A stretch of DNA of 64,000 bases from Nitrospirota bacterium (GTDB taxonomy: Bacteria; Nitrospirota; UBA9217), in contig CAWCKW010000013.1 in NCBI GenBank assembly GCA_963796285.1, forward strand, positions 224,001 to 288,000. The letters run 5' to 3'. Below, piece by piece: positions 9,719 through 22,646 of the stretch. Every line of letters begins with the position of its first letter. The stretch's first letter is position 1. The translations under genes and the position numbers were made by a program. A model generated the notes under the pieces. The model searched no databases. It saw nothing but the letters and a program-made list of their open reading frames with translations, and had not been told where the DNA came from.

Positions 9719-11143
9719 ATGCCAAGAGTCATCATAATAGGCGGTGGCATCGCCGGCCTGGCAGCTGCCGTCCATCTCAAGTCCGGGGCCAAGGCCTACG
9801 GCAAGACCATTGATGTGCTGCTGCTCGAAAAGAACAGTCGTATCGGCGGCAAAATCGTTACCGAGAAACACGACAAGTACCTCATCGAAGGCGGGCCCGA
9901 CAGCTTCCTTCCGGAAAAGGTCTGGTCCGTGAATCTCGCTCGCCATCTCGGCCTCGGGCCAGAGATGCTGCCGTCAAACGACCAGTTCAAGGGGACCTTC
10001 ATCTATTCACGGGAAAGACTTCACTCCTTGCCGGAAGGCGTGATGCTCATGGTCCCCACTTCGTTCTGGCCTATGGCTAAGTCCCACCTCATCACCTGGC
10101 CCGGCAAGATCCGGATGGGAATGGAACTGTTCGTGCCGAAACGGAGATCACGGGATGATGAAAGCCTTGCCTCTTTCGTCACCCGCAGGCTTGGCCGTGA
10201 GTGTCTGGAAAAGATCGCGGAACCTCTCGTGGCCGGTATCCATACGTCGAATCCCGATAACATGAGCGTCCTCGCGACATTTCCACGCTTTGTGCAGATG
10301 GAGCAGAAGAGCGGAAGCCTGATCCTCGGCATGATCTCAACCATGAAGGCCCGGCCTCACGCAACGCTCAGCGGCCCATCATCCAAAGCCGGATCGCCGA
10401 AAATGACCTACTTCATGAGCTTCAAGAACGGCATGCAGACCCTGTCACAGGCCTGCGCGGATCTCATTGGTCGGGATTCGATCCGGCTCAACGCCGGGGT
10501 CAAGGCTGTTGAGCCGAAGGGGAATAGATACGCGGTGATTCTCGAGAATGGCGAGGCCCTTGAGGCAGACCATGTCATGCTGGCCCCGGCTGCTTACGAT
10601 TCCGCTAACATGATTAAAGGAATGGATGCGAACCTTGCCGCGCAGATGAACACGATTGAATGGTCGTCGTCCGCCACGGTCTCGATCGCGTTCAAGAAGG
10701 AAGATGTGAAGGTCCCGCTCAAAGGGTTCGGGTTCATCGTACCCCGTGTTGAGGGCAGGCGGATCAACGCAGCCACCTACAGCTCCATCAAGTGGTCCTA
10801 CCGCGCGCCTGACGACACGATCCTGGTCCGCGTCTTTGTTGGAGGCGGCCACCACGAAGAGCTCGTACACGAGCTCGATGAAGCGGGCATGGTCAGGATG
10901 GTGCTCGAAGAGCTGGATACCGTCCTCGGAATCAAGGCAAATCCCCTGTTCTCGAAAGTCTACCGCTGGTACAGGGGGATGCCGAAGTACACGGTAGGGC
11001 ATCTCGATCGGATCGCGCTCATGGACCGAATGCTCGCCACCCATCCGGGACTTCATCTTATCGGCTGCTCGTACAAGGGGATAGGCATCGGCGACTGTGT
11101 GCATGAGGCGCAGATCGCAGCGGAGAAGATATTGAAGAGTTAG
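9719..11143 (+). CDS. hemY: HemY-type proto/coproporphyrinogen oxidase
   Basis: GGGIAGL FAD motif, EGGPDSF, GIGIGDCV. Confidence 0.93.
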   Translation: MPRVIIIGGGIAGLAAAVHLKSGAKAYGKTIDVLLLEKNSRIGGKIVTEKHDKYLIEGGPDSFLPEKVWSVNLARHLGLGPEMLPSNDQFKGTFIYSRERLHSLPEGVMLMVPTSFWPMAKSHLITWPGKIRMGMELFVPKRRSRDDESLASFVTRRLGRECLEKIAEPLVAGIHTSNPDNMSVLATFPRFVQMEQKSGSLILGMISTMKARPHATLSGPSSKAGSPKMTYFMSFKNGMQTLSQACADLIGRDSIRLNAGVKAVEPKGNRYAVILENGEALEADHVMLAPAAYDSANMIKGMDANLAAQMNTIEWSSSATVSIAFKKEDVKVPLKGFGFIVPRVEGRRINAATYSSIKWSYRAPDDTILVRVFVGGGHHEELVHELDEAGMVRMVLEELDTVLGIKANPLFSKVYRWYRGMPKYTVGHLDRIALMDRMLATHPGLHLIGCSYKGIGIGDCVHEAQIAAEKILKS

Positions 11144-11171
11144 GCAGGCAACTTGTTGGGATACGATATTT

Positions 11172-11203
11172 GGCCGAAGGGCTATGCCCCTCGGTCTTTT
11201 TTA
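11172..11203 (+). terminator. Rho-independent terminator
   Basis: ggccgaagggc-tat-gcccctcggtc followed by a T run. Confidence 0.7.
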
Positions 11204-11295
11204 TTCCTGTAGCGAACGACGAATCGTCAGTAAACTGTCGCTTCATGAGGATATCAGTAGCAAAAGCATCTAAGTAAAATGTAAATACTCGGAGT

Positions 11296-12569
11296 CATTG
11301 ACGTCCGCTAAAAACTAAAAAGGCATGGCCTGAATACCTCGATTGTTGGATAATAGGATTCGCCAGAACACTATTCCAGCAAGGAGGAACAAGCCATGCG
11401 CAAGTTGGAAACGATCTTCGGAGAGTTGCTGAAACTTGTACCGAGATATCAGTTCGAAAAAGCCGTAAAACAGTACCAGGGAGACAGATACGTCAAGTCC
11501 TATACGACGTGGCACCAGTATATCACGATCTTGTTCTCCCAGGTCAAGCAAAAAGACAGTATCCGGGACATCGTGACGGGACTGGAAGCTAACGAGTCCC
11601 GATGGTATCACCTGGGGCTCACCGGCATTCACCGGAGCACTTTCTCGGATGCCAACAACAAGCGGAGCTTTCAGATATTTGAAGATTTGTTTTATCATCT
11701 TCTCTCTCGCTGCAAGGACTTGACACCGAAACATCGGTTCAAGTTCAAAAATGAATTGTATTCAATCGATGCTTCAGTGATCGATCTTTGCCTCTCGGTC
11801 TTTCCCTGGGCCAAGTTCAGAAAGACCAAGGGAGCGATTAAGATGCATTGCCTCTATGACCACTCCGGGGCACTGCCGTCGTTTGTAACGATCACCGATG
11901 GTAAGAAACACGATGTCACGGTGGCTAAGGACGTCGGTTTCCCCCTGTCTCCGGACAGCATCGTTTCTGTAGATCGGGCGTATATCGACTACAAATGGCT
12001 GAATTCACTGGACGAAAAGCGCGTCTGGTTCGTCACTCGCGCCAAGTCCAATATCGATTGTGTCGTTACCGGACAGCATCCGGTTTCCGGGAAAGGGGTC
12101 CGGAAAGACCAAACGATTCTTTTAGCCGGACCCCGAACGAAGCACCATTATCCCAAAGAACTTCGGATGATCGAGTTCTACGATGAAGGAAACCAAGAAG
12201 CACCTGACGTTCCTCACCAACAATATGAAACTCGCGGCATCAACGATAGCGGCGATCTATAAGTCCCGGTGGCAAATAGAACTGTTCTTCAAATGGATCA
12301 AACAGAACCTGAAGATCAAATCGTTCCTCGGGACCAGCAAAAACGCCGTAATGACTCAAATCTGGGTGGCAATGAGCTATTATTTGCTGCTCACATACAT
12401 CAAATACCAGACGAAGTACGACACTCCCTGCTGACTTTGAGTCGCCTTATCAGGGAAACGCTTTTTGAACGAAAGAACCTAATCGATATTCTTACATTGA
12501 AACCCGAACGGCTCTTAGCCGTTCGAGATGAGCCCATACAGGGATTGCTGTTTTAACCGGACAGCGATG
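11296..12569 (+). mobile_element. IS4-family insertion sequence (1274 bp)
   Basis: Imperfect IRs CATTGACGTCCGCTAAAA / CATCGCTGTCCGGTTAAAA; flanks ACTCGGAGT and ACTCGGATT. Confidence 0.88.
11396..12556 (+). CDS. IS4-family DDE transposase (two frameshifts)
   Basis: IDASVIDL, VDRAYID, YKSRWQIELFFKWIKQNL (YREK motif), spread over three frames. Confidence 0.92.
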
Positions 12570-12837
12570 ACTCGGATTCATAAATAACATTCAAGCCCCA
12601 CACGATTCATCTACTAGATGAGTCATGTACCATTGACAACAACGGGGCTAAAGTCCACTCCGGCCTCCGGATCCAGGCTACTGCGCTGTCAAATCGTTGG
12701 CAGCAGTAACGATCAGAATATATAAAGGGACATCCTGTTCTGATTTTTTCAACTCAGGGTGTCCCTTGTTTTGCTTTCTGGACATTTTATCGGAGGAGCA
12801 GGCAGGGATATCCAGCCTAAGGCTTTGCGTAAATAGT

Positions 12838-13540
12838 CTACAGGTCACGGTGTTGCGATTTGATCGATGTATGTTCTATATAGTCGGCCAGAAGTCGTTT
12901 GGTCTTCGCAGTGATATCTGTAAACATGAGTCCGTATTGATGGTCTTCATGTCCCGGGGTTTGCTCAAGGGACACTGATGATCTTGCCTGAAACCTCGAT
13001 TTTCAGTGCATTGGGGAGATAGAACGTGCAGAACAACCGGGTGCCTTCGGCAAGAGGAGTATCGCTTTCGATCAGCATTCCCGTGGCGCTGATATTCCTG
13101 ACGCGGCTCAAGAATGGTTCATCATCAATGCGGCCATCAACGCTGGCGCTCAGGAGAACGCGGAGCATCTCCCTCGCGGCAATATCAAGGAGCTGCTGCG
13201 CTTTTACCATGAGCACGAAGGGGTGGACCGGATACTGCAACACTACGTTCGCCCTGCATTGCACGCTCCGCTCGGTCGCTTCCGGGGTGTCTGCACAGAC
13301 CATGATCATGGAAACTGCCCGGAGGTCCTCATCCTCCCTGATCATTGAACAGAACTGCTCGCTGGCCATGCCGGGCATATCAAGTTGAGCGATAATGAGG
13401 TTCACCCGCTCGACTCGATGAATTTTCAGCGCCTCATCGCTCGTTGCTGCGACAAGTACCCTGAGGTCCGTCCGTTTCAGGAAGGCATCATTCTGTTCTA
13501 ATAAAACGTGAAGATCGCGCGCGATCAGTATTTTTTTCAT
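12838..13540 (-). CDS. Receiver-like + PilZ domain protein (frameshift near 12970)
   Basis: KKILIA..LIIAQLDMPG receiver fold; REMLR and NISATG PilZ motifs; tail YGLMFTDI..LADYIE in another frame. Confidence 0.8.
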
Positions 13541-13674
13541 GACTGACTCGGATAGCCTCCCCGAGAAGACAGTACTATAACTCGATTATATTTGCAAGGT
13601 AGTTTTTACGCGCGAAAAGGCAGGACGGGTCTTGAGCGGTAGCAAAAACCTGACCCAGTCCGTCCCCCCGAGCT

Positions 13675-14247
13675 TCAGCCCTTTTCCCGATACCGGAAAC
13701 AATCGACGACATGGTCGTTGACCATTCCTACAGCCTGCATGAAGGAATAGCAGATGGTCGGTCCGACGAACTTGAACCCCCGTTTCTTAAGGTCCCTGCT
13801 CATGGCTTCAGCCTCAGGTGTAGTTACGGGTATCTCAGCAAGACGTTGGCATGCGTGGCGGATCTGCTTTCCCCCCACGAATCGCCAGAGGTACGCGTCC
13901 AGCGAACCGAACTCCTTCTGGGCTTCCAGGACCAGCCGGGCATTGGTTATGGCGGCCTCGATCTTTAACCGGTTACGGATGATGCCTTCATCCTTCAGCA
14001 GCCGCTGCATGTCCCGAATCGTGAATCGCGCCACGACCGCGGGGTCGAAACCCCGAAAGGCCTTCCGATAGTTCTCGCGCTTCTTGAGCACCGTGGACCA
14101 GGACAACCCGGCCTGCGCGCCCTCCAGCACGAGGAACTCGAAAAGCTTCCGGTCGTCATGGAGCGGTACGCCCCATTCCTCGTCATGATAAGCGATCATC
14201 AGCGGATCGTCTGACGTCCAGGAGCACCGTTTGACATTCTTCTTCAT
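13675..14247 (-). CDS. tag: DNA-3-methyladenine glycosylase I
   Basis: RCSW, YHDEEWG, LEGAQAGLSW, GMVNDHVVDC. Confidence 0.96.
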   Translation of the reverse strand: MKKNVKRCSWTSDDPLMIAYHDEEWGVPLHDDRKLFEFLVLEGAQAGLSWSTVLKKRENYRKAFRGFDPAVVARFTIRDMQRLLKDEGIIRNRLKIEAAITNARLVLEAQKEFGSLDAYLWRFVGGKQIRHACQRLAEIPVTTPEAEAMSRDLKKRGFKFVGPTICYSFMQAVGMVNDHVVDCFRYREKG

Positions 14248-14397
14248 GGCAACTCACTTTCTTGAACCGGGTCATAAACCGGTTTTTGCGCAGAAGCAGT
14301 CTGGAAGTATAAGGGTGGTCCCTAAACGAAAGGCCGGAGAAATTTCTCTCCGGCGATGATCTTTTAAACGTACGTAACGCTGGACTCGACCAAATAG

Positions 14398-14879
14398 TTA
14401 GGCGGTCTTTCGCGTCGATCGAGCTTTTTTTGGCTTGACCTTTGCCTTGGATTTGAGCTTAGATGCTTTACGTTTCTTCGGCGCATGCCAATTAAAGGGG
14501 ATGGGCTGAAGCATACTCACGCGGTTACCCTCCGGGTCGATGAACGATACATATTGTCCGACGTTGGGAATTTCCATAGGTTCCCCCAGCACGTTACCCC
14601 CCGCGGCTTGCACTTTCTTGATCGATCTCTTGATATCGTCAACTGCGATAACGATGGACGGATATTGCGCGGGCCAGTCGGGTTTTCTCGGGTAAAAGCC
14701 GCCGTTGATCCTTCCGGGCTTTTTGGGGCCTTTCCCGCCGGTTTCCGTGGTTGCTGCAGTAACATAATTACCCATCTCCTCGCCAAACATCTGCGTCTTC
14801 CAGCCAAAAGCCGATTTATAGAACTTCGCCATGCGCGCCCGTCGTCTTAAGGCATCTCAAAGTGTACAACGGGATCCAT
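14398..14879 (-). CDS. VOC/glyoxalase family protein (disrupted near the N-terminus)
   Basis: MDPVVHFEMP then a stop and frameshift, then AKFYKSAFGW..INGG..FIDPEGNRV. Confidence 0.8.
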
Positions 14880-15167
14880 AATGTATCCTCCTTGGCATTA
14901 ATGAGTACTTCTCGATTCAACTATATCGCGCAGAGCATTCAAAGTCAACCGCGCTTGAAAGAGGGACTCACGAAGAAATGCACTTTCGGAACCCGAGAAA
15001 CAAAAAGACCGGAAAGATTTTCTCTCCAGTCATAATCGCGCAAGCTGCGCAACTGGTTCAGCACGCCTGTCCTCAGCTACCTGCTTAAGATCCTACTCTA
15101 ACGACCCAAGCTGCGAATGCGCGCACGAAGCCCGAAACGTCACCAAAGTTCCGGCACTACAAGCTGA

Positions 15168-15419
15168 CTACGTCCCTTCCTTGACTTCATTGATCTCTTC
15201 CGCTACGAGACCATGAGCCTCCCGATGGACTGCGGCCGCCGCTTCTTTGCTCGGAGCCTCCACCAGACAAAAGGCTTTTCCCGCGCCTTCATCGAACCAG
15301 TATTTCAGGTACTTCACGCCATACTTGCCCTGAACTTCAAGATCTTTCGCATGGGCGCCGGCAATTGCTTTAGCCGTCAATCCAGGTATATTCTTGTGAA
15401 TATCCAAATAAAGTGACAT
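15168..15419 (-). CDS. DUF4242 / SCO4226-like protein
   Basis: AHAKDLEVQGKYGV, FCLVEAPS..VHREAHG. Confidence 0.85.
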   Translation of the reverse strand: MSLYLDIHKNIPGLTAKAIAGAHAKDLEVQGKYGVKYLKYWFDEGAGKAFCLVEAPSKEAAAAVHREAHGLVAEEINEVKEGT

Positions 15420-15649
15420 TTTGCAGGTCCTCCTTTCAGGTCATTCTCGTCGGGCGAACCGACGTACTCCCGGAAGCCTTCCATGGAGTTGTTAATATTA
15501 TAGCACAATCAGTGGAAAAGTGGACACAATAGGTCTTCTATTACCTATTAAAGTCCCCATGTTTTTTAGCAGTCTTATCGGGGGGGGCAATGATTGAAGG
15601 TGCTACCGACGTTGGGACTTTGATGCATTTGGTGCATGCGACAGAAGAA

Positions 15650-15684
15650 AAAAGCCGGCAGAGATATATCTCTGCCGGCCTTTG
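15650..15684 (-). terminator. Terminator after groEL
   Basis: gccggcagagat/atctctgccggc hairpin with an adjacent A run. Confidence 0.75.
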
Positions 15685-15721
15685 TGTTTCAGTTCCTCGT
15701 GAAAGGAAACTTTTCATTCTC

Positions 15722-17391
<1,670 letters not shown>

Positions 17392-17436
17392 TCAATACGT
17401 TGTTTGATTCATCCAATACCGTAACCTTCAGGAACC

Positions 17437-17703
17437 TTAGCTCAGAACCCCCAGCACGTCTTCTTCTTTTACGATCAGGTACTCGATATTGTCGAGATTG
17501 ATCTTGGAGCCGGAGTAGCGGTCGAAGAGGATCTTGTCGCCAACCTTGAGGGACTTCACATCATCGCCCACGGCCTCAACTTTTCCGCTCTGCGGCTTTT
17601 CTTTCGCCGAGTCGGGAATGTACAGACCTCCCGCGGTCTTCTCCAGTTCCGCTGTGTAGCTTACGAACACCCTGTCTTTCAATGGCTTGAATTTGACACT
17701 CAT
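17437..17703 (-). CDS. groS: Co-chaperonin GroES
   Basis: PLKDRV, GGLYIPDSAKEKP. Confidence 0.97.
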   Translation of the reverse strand: MSVKFKPLKDRVFVSYTAELEKTAGGLYIPDSAKEKPQSGKVEAVGDDVKSLKVGDKILFDRYSGSKINLDNIEYLIVKEEDVLGVLS

Positions 17704-17750
17704 ATGCTCAACTCCTTTCGTGAATTGTACGTTTTATTATAGCAGAAAAC

Positions 17751-17777
17751 TTAGCACTCGTTTAAGGCGAGTGCTAA
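17751..17777. promoter_or_regulatory. CIRCE element (HrcA operator)
   Basis: Perfect TTAGCACTC-N9-GAGTGCTAA upstream of groES. Confidence 0.97.
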
Positions 17778-17804
17778 TATATGGCTGAGGGCTGAAAAAA
17801 GCAA
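17776..17804 (-). promoter_or_regulatory. Sigma70-type promoter of groESL
   Basis: TTGCTT-N17-TATATT; the -10 box overlaps CIRCE. Confidence 0.6.
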
Positions 17805-18032
17805 ACCCTAAATTAAGCGATTATAGACAATTCTATCCAGATATTACAGGATTTTGGTAAAAATTGTGGAATTACTGATTTTTTGAAGTAATTTAACAAA
17901 CCCCGCATAAATAGTATCTCTTAGCAAGTTGAACCCGGTTGTTTATTGTCCCCAGCAAGTACAAAAAAGAAAAGCAGGGAAGATATCCCTGCTTTTCCAA
18001 TTCATTAGCCTTTTTCTCTCGAATCTCTTTTT

Positions 18033-19396
18033 CTATTTTCCCGTTTTTGCCGTTGTAGGAATATTCTTGAAAACATCCTCGGCCTTCACTGCTGGCTTGA
18101 GTATCTCGATGGCCTTCTGTATCTGGATATCGTCTTTCTTTTCTTTCGGCGTGACTTCCATCGTGAAATCGTCTTCAATGGCAGTTCGCAGGCTTTTCTT
18201 TTTTCTTCTCTTCTTTGACCGTATCGTTCTGCAGGTGGCGTTCGAGGTCCTTTTCGCGCACGACCACGTGCAGTGAATCAGTAGTCCCCTCTTTCACCTC
18301 TTTTACTGTAGGCAGTTTCACCTCGATGTCCGGTGTGATGCCCACGTTCTGGATCGAGCGGCCGCTCGGCGTATAATACTTTGCCGTCGTCAGTCGGATG
18401 CCACCCCCGCCCTCGAGGGGGAATACCGTCTGGACCGATCCCTTGCCAAAGGTCTGCGTACCCACGATCACCGCACGCTTTGAATCCTGCAATGCTCCTG
18501 CAACGATCTCGGACGCGCTCGCGCTCCCCGTGTTCACAAGCACGACAATGGGGAATCCCCGGGGCGCTTCCGGTCCGCTTGTGAGAAAGTCCTTCCGGTC
18601 GGTCTTCAGCCTGCCCTGGAGATACACCACGAGCTTATCCTTGGGCAGAAATTTGCTGCTCACGTCCACGGACGCATCAAGGAGCCCTCCCGGGTCATTC
18701 CGCAGATCAAGGACCAGTTTCTTCATCCCCTTTGCCTCCAGGCCCTTCAAAGCCTTTTCGAGCTCCTCGCCGGTCTGCCCCTGGAACTGCATGATCTTGA
18801 TATACCCGATCTCATTGTCCAGCATCTCGGACTTTACACTCATGACCTTGATGACATCGCGAGTGATCTTGAACTCTTTGGGCTTGTCCCATCCTTCGCG
18901 GAAGATAAGGAGACGCACCTGCGTGTTCTTGGGGCCGCGCATCTTGTCCACGGCCTGTTCAATCGTCATGTCCTTGGTCCAGTCATCGTTGATCTTCATG
19001 ATCTTGTCGCCTGCTGCGAGACCTGCGCGGAACCCGGGCGTGTCCTCGATCGGCGCGATGATCGTCAGCTGCTGGTTCTTGATCCCGATCTGGATCCCGA
19101 CACCCTGGAACTCGCCCTTGATGTCCATGTTCATCTCTTTGAACGACCGCTCGTTCATATAGGATGAGTGCGGGTCGAGGCTCTGGACCATGCCCCGGAT
19201 GGCGCCCTGCATCAGATCCTTGGTGTCTGGATCCTCCACGTAGTTGCGTTTGACAAGCTCAAGTGCCTGAGTAAATGCCTTCAGTTCGTCATAGGTATCG
19301 GGCTTGGCCTGCACCAACCCCTGCCCGATCAGGATGCCGGTCAACAGCAGCGATCAGCGCGGCCATCAGAAACTTCTTTTTGTTGATTCGTATCAT
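18033..19396 (-). CDS. ctpA: S41 carboxyl-terminal processing protease (frameshifts near both ends)
   Basis: PDZ domain, DLRNDPGG, SASASEI, TFGKGSVQ. Confidence 0.93.
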
Positions 19397-19686
19397 ATCA
19401 TCATCCTCCATATGGTTCTGCATAATAACTCTCCTGAAAAAGTATCAGCAGTAATAGCAATCGGGCATAGTGAAAAATATACCGTGCTTTTGTAAATTTA
19501 AACGTAATCACATAGGTCCTGAGAAAAGACCATTAAACCTGAAAATGTTCCTGCAAAAAAGCTGAGACCGCAAAGGAAAGCAGCCCTTTTGTTCGTAAAA
19601 AATCTTTGCGTATGTTGAGCCTTTGCGGGAGATTTTTTACTTTTTTTGATCTAAGTGACAGCGACTTTTCAGTATCAATTTCCAAG

Positions 19687-20870
19687 TTACTGCTTCGCCA
19701 ACCACTGGAGCGGGTCTTGAGCCTCGCCGTTCCGGCGTATCTCGAAGTACAACTTCAGTCCCTTCAGGCTGCCGGTCTCGCCCGCCAGACCGAGCACCTG
19801 GCCTCTGGCCACCTGGTCCCCTTTGTTCAGATCCAGCCGCGAGAGGTTGCCGTAGAGCGAGTAAAAACCGTTTCCGTGGTCAAGGATCATGAGCTTTCCG
19901 TAGCCTTTGTACCAATCCGCATACGCAACCTCGCCGTCCTGCACCGCTCGAACCGATTCGCCTTCGTGTGCCTGGATCTCGATACCTCTGCGAAAAACCA
20001 TGGTGCCGAACTGGGGATGGCGTTGCATGCCAAACCGGGTCAGTACCTGTCCTTCGAGGGGCCAGGGGAGCCGGGTCCTGTCACGATCCGCGGTTTCGTG
20101 CCATTGTCGGGAAGCAGGAGGGACCGCTTTCGCAGCCCTCTTTTCCTGCTCGCCTTTTTTGATCATGGCCCAGAGGCTGGCGGAAGATTCTTCAAGCTCG
20201 CGCAGGGACTGCTCGTATAGGCCCTTCTCATGCCGCACACTCGCGAGGATAACGGCTTTTTTTTTGTTCCGTGCCTCCAGCGCCGCTTTCGTTGCTGCAA
20301 TCGCCCGCTTGCGTGCAAGCATCTCGTTTTTTTTCTCTGCGATCTCCGCCTGACGCATCGCGAGCTTTGTCAGGGCATTGCTGTACTCCCTCATCATAGC
20401 CCGGTCACGTTCGGCGATAATGCCGAGATACTTGATCCGCTTCAGCGTCTGGCCCAGCCCGTCCGGAGAAAGTATTGCAACTGCATACCCGCTCCGGCTC
20501 AACTTGTAGAGCGCCCGGAGCCTCTGGCTGTAATTCTCCTTAAGCGCGGCAAGCTCGCGGTTGAGCACGGCGTTGTTCTGTTCGACCTCCCGAAGGGCCG
20601 CCTCGGAATCTCGCAGCCGCTGCTGCTGGCCGGTGAGTTCCGCGCTTCCGGTTTGGATGTCCCGGTCGATCGTTTCGAGTTCCGAGAGGATAGAACGCTC
20701 TTTGCGGTCCGCCCGCTGTCAGTTCCTTTTTTTTCTCGCGCATCTCGCGCTTGATACGCTGAAGCTCCTGTTTGTCGGCCGACCGGTCCGCGGCTGCGGA
20801 AAAGCCGCTCAGCCAAAGCGCGATCACAACAACGCAGCAGAAAAACGCGGGTGCCTGTCGTCGTCCCCAT
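19687..20870 (-). CDS. envC: EnvC-like murein hydrolase activator, M23 domain (frameshifted)
   Basis: Long coiled coil, LPWPLEG, GYGKLMILDH, LYFEIRRNG; follows ftsX. Confidence 0.88.
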
Positions 20871-20873
20871 GCG

Positions 20874-21760
20874 CTACTCCAGGAACCTGCCGACTGAGAC
20901 CAGCCCGCCCGTAAGACCAAGCACGCCGCCGCCGATAATCATATATGTTACCACCGAAAGCGGTAGGAAGTCCAGCCCATTTGGCCGCGACAGGAAAAGA
21001 ACGACCTCCTGCGGCAACGCATAGTACACACCCGCAAGGATGCCGATGGCAAGAGCCGAGCCAAGCATGGAGAGCATCATGCCTTCGATCAGGAACGGCC
21101 CCTGGATGAATCCCCTGGTCGCCCCGATCCACTGCATCAGCTCGATCTCCTGACCCCGTGAGTATAGCGCGAGCCGCACCGAATTGGAGATGATGAACAC
21201 CACGGTCACGCCGAGCAGGACAGCGGTGCCAGTCCGCCATAGGTGATCGCATTGTAAAAGCCTGACAGCACTTCGGCGCCCTGTTTCCCGTAGGACACGT
21301 CTTCCACGCCGGGATAGTCGGATAATTTCCCGGCCAAGGCCTCAAGCCGTTCCGTATCAACAGAACGGCGGTCAAAGGTGATCTCGTAGGAATCAGGCAG
21401 CGGGTTCTCTGCCAGACCCTGGATCAGCGCCTCCTGTCCCTTCAACTCCTTTTTGAACAACAGAAGCGCATGGGCCCTGGATAGATAGGTGACCTTCTTC
21501 ACGCCCGGCTCGATCTTGATCCGGTGTTGGATAAAATCCTTCTCATGCTCCGTCAACCCGTCCTTCAGGTACACGGACATCTCAAGACGGTCCCCCATGG
21601 AATTCACCGCAGCCTGAAGGTTCAGGAACACGATCAGAAAAAAGCCCACGATCAACATAGCCATGCTGATCGTTCCCACCGCGAGGAGGTTCACAAGACT
21701 GTTGGCGCGGAGTCCGCGGAAGGCCTCGGCGATAAAGTAGAACAGGCCGTATCCTCTCAC
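20874..21760 (-). CDS. ftsX: Cell division permease FtsX (frameshift near 21210)
   Basis: ENPLPDS, IISNSVRL..EIELMQWIGAT..PFLIEG. Confidence 0.92.
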
Positions 21761-22496
21761 GGCTCTCTCTCCTCAGCCGCTGTTCCGGCCGTTCCCCCGT
21801 CCGGCTTCAACAGGGGAGGGGATACCGGGCGCTGAAGGTGGCTGCCGTCGTCAATAACCTTACCACCCTCCATGATGATGATCCTGCGCTGCATCTTCCG
21901 CACCGTTTCCCAGTCGTGGGTGGCCACCAGCACGGTTGTGCCCTTCATGTTGATTTCCCTGAACAGACGGAACACCTCCTGGGCACTCTGGGGGTCCAGG
22001 TTGCCCGTGGGCTCGTCGGCAAGCAGCACCTGAGGTTCGTTCACGAGCGCGCGGGCCACGGCGACCTTCTGCTGCTCTCCACCGGAGAGTTTTGGCGGCG
22101 TCAAGTGGCTCTTCTTTTCCATCCCGACCTTCTTGAGCACCTGGTACACACGCCGCTCGATCTCGCCGAAGTCGTGCCCACCACTTTGAGCGCGAGTGCG
22201 ATATTTTCAAATATAGTCTTGTGGGAGAGGAGTTTGTAGTCCTGGAACACGAAACCAATATTACGCCTGAGGTAGGGAATGGTCGAGGATTTCAAACGGG
22301 AAGTGTTCATACCCTGCATGACGATCCGCCCCTCGTCCGCTTGTTCGGCGCAGAAGAGGATCTTGAGCAGGGTGGACTTGCCGGCACCGCTCGGGCCGGT
22401 GACGAAAGCAAACTCGCCTTTGTCCACGGTGAAGCTCACGTCGCGCAAGGCGGGAATACCTTCATAATATTTTGTCACCTGATAAAGCTGGATCAT
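21757..22496 (-). CDS. ftsE: Cell division ATP-binding protein FtsE (frameshifted)
   Basis: GPSGAGKST, IGFVFQDYKLL, LSGGEQQ, LADEPTGNLD. Confidence 0.93.
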
Positions 22497-22646
22497 GCAT
22501 TAGTTCTCAAATTATAAGCTCCAAATCCCAAATAAACTTCCCCATCGCACTGTCCGGAATTCAAAACAGTTTTAGCGCTTTACATTTGGAATTTTGATAG
22601 TATCTGTAAGTTGCTCTTTATTTTTCTGCAGCTTCCCGCTCGTTCG

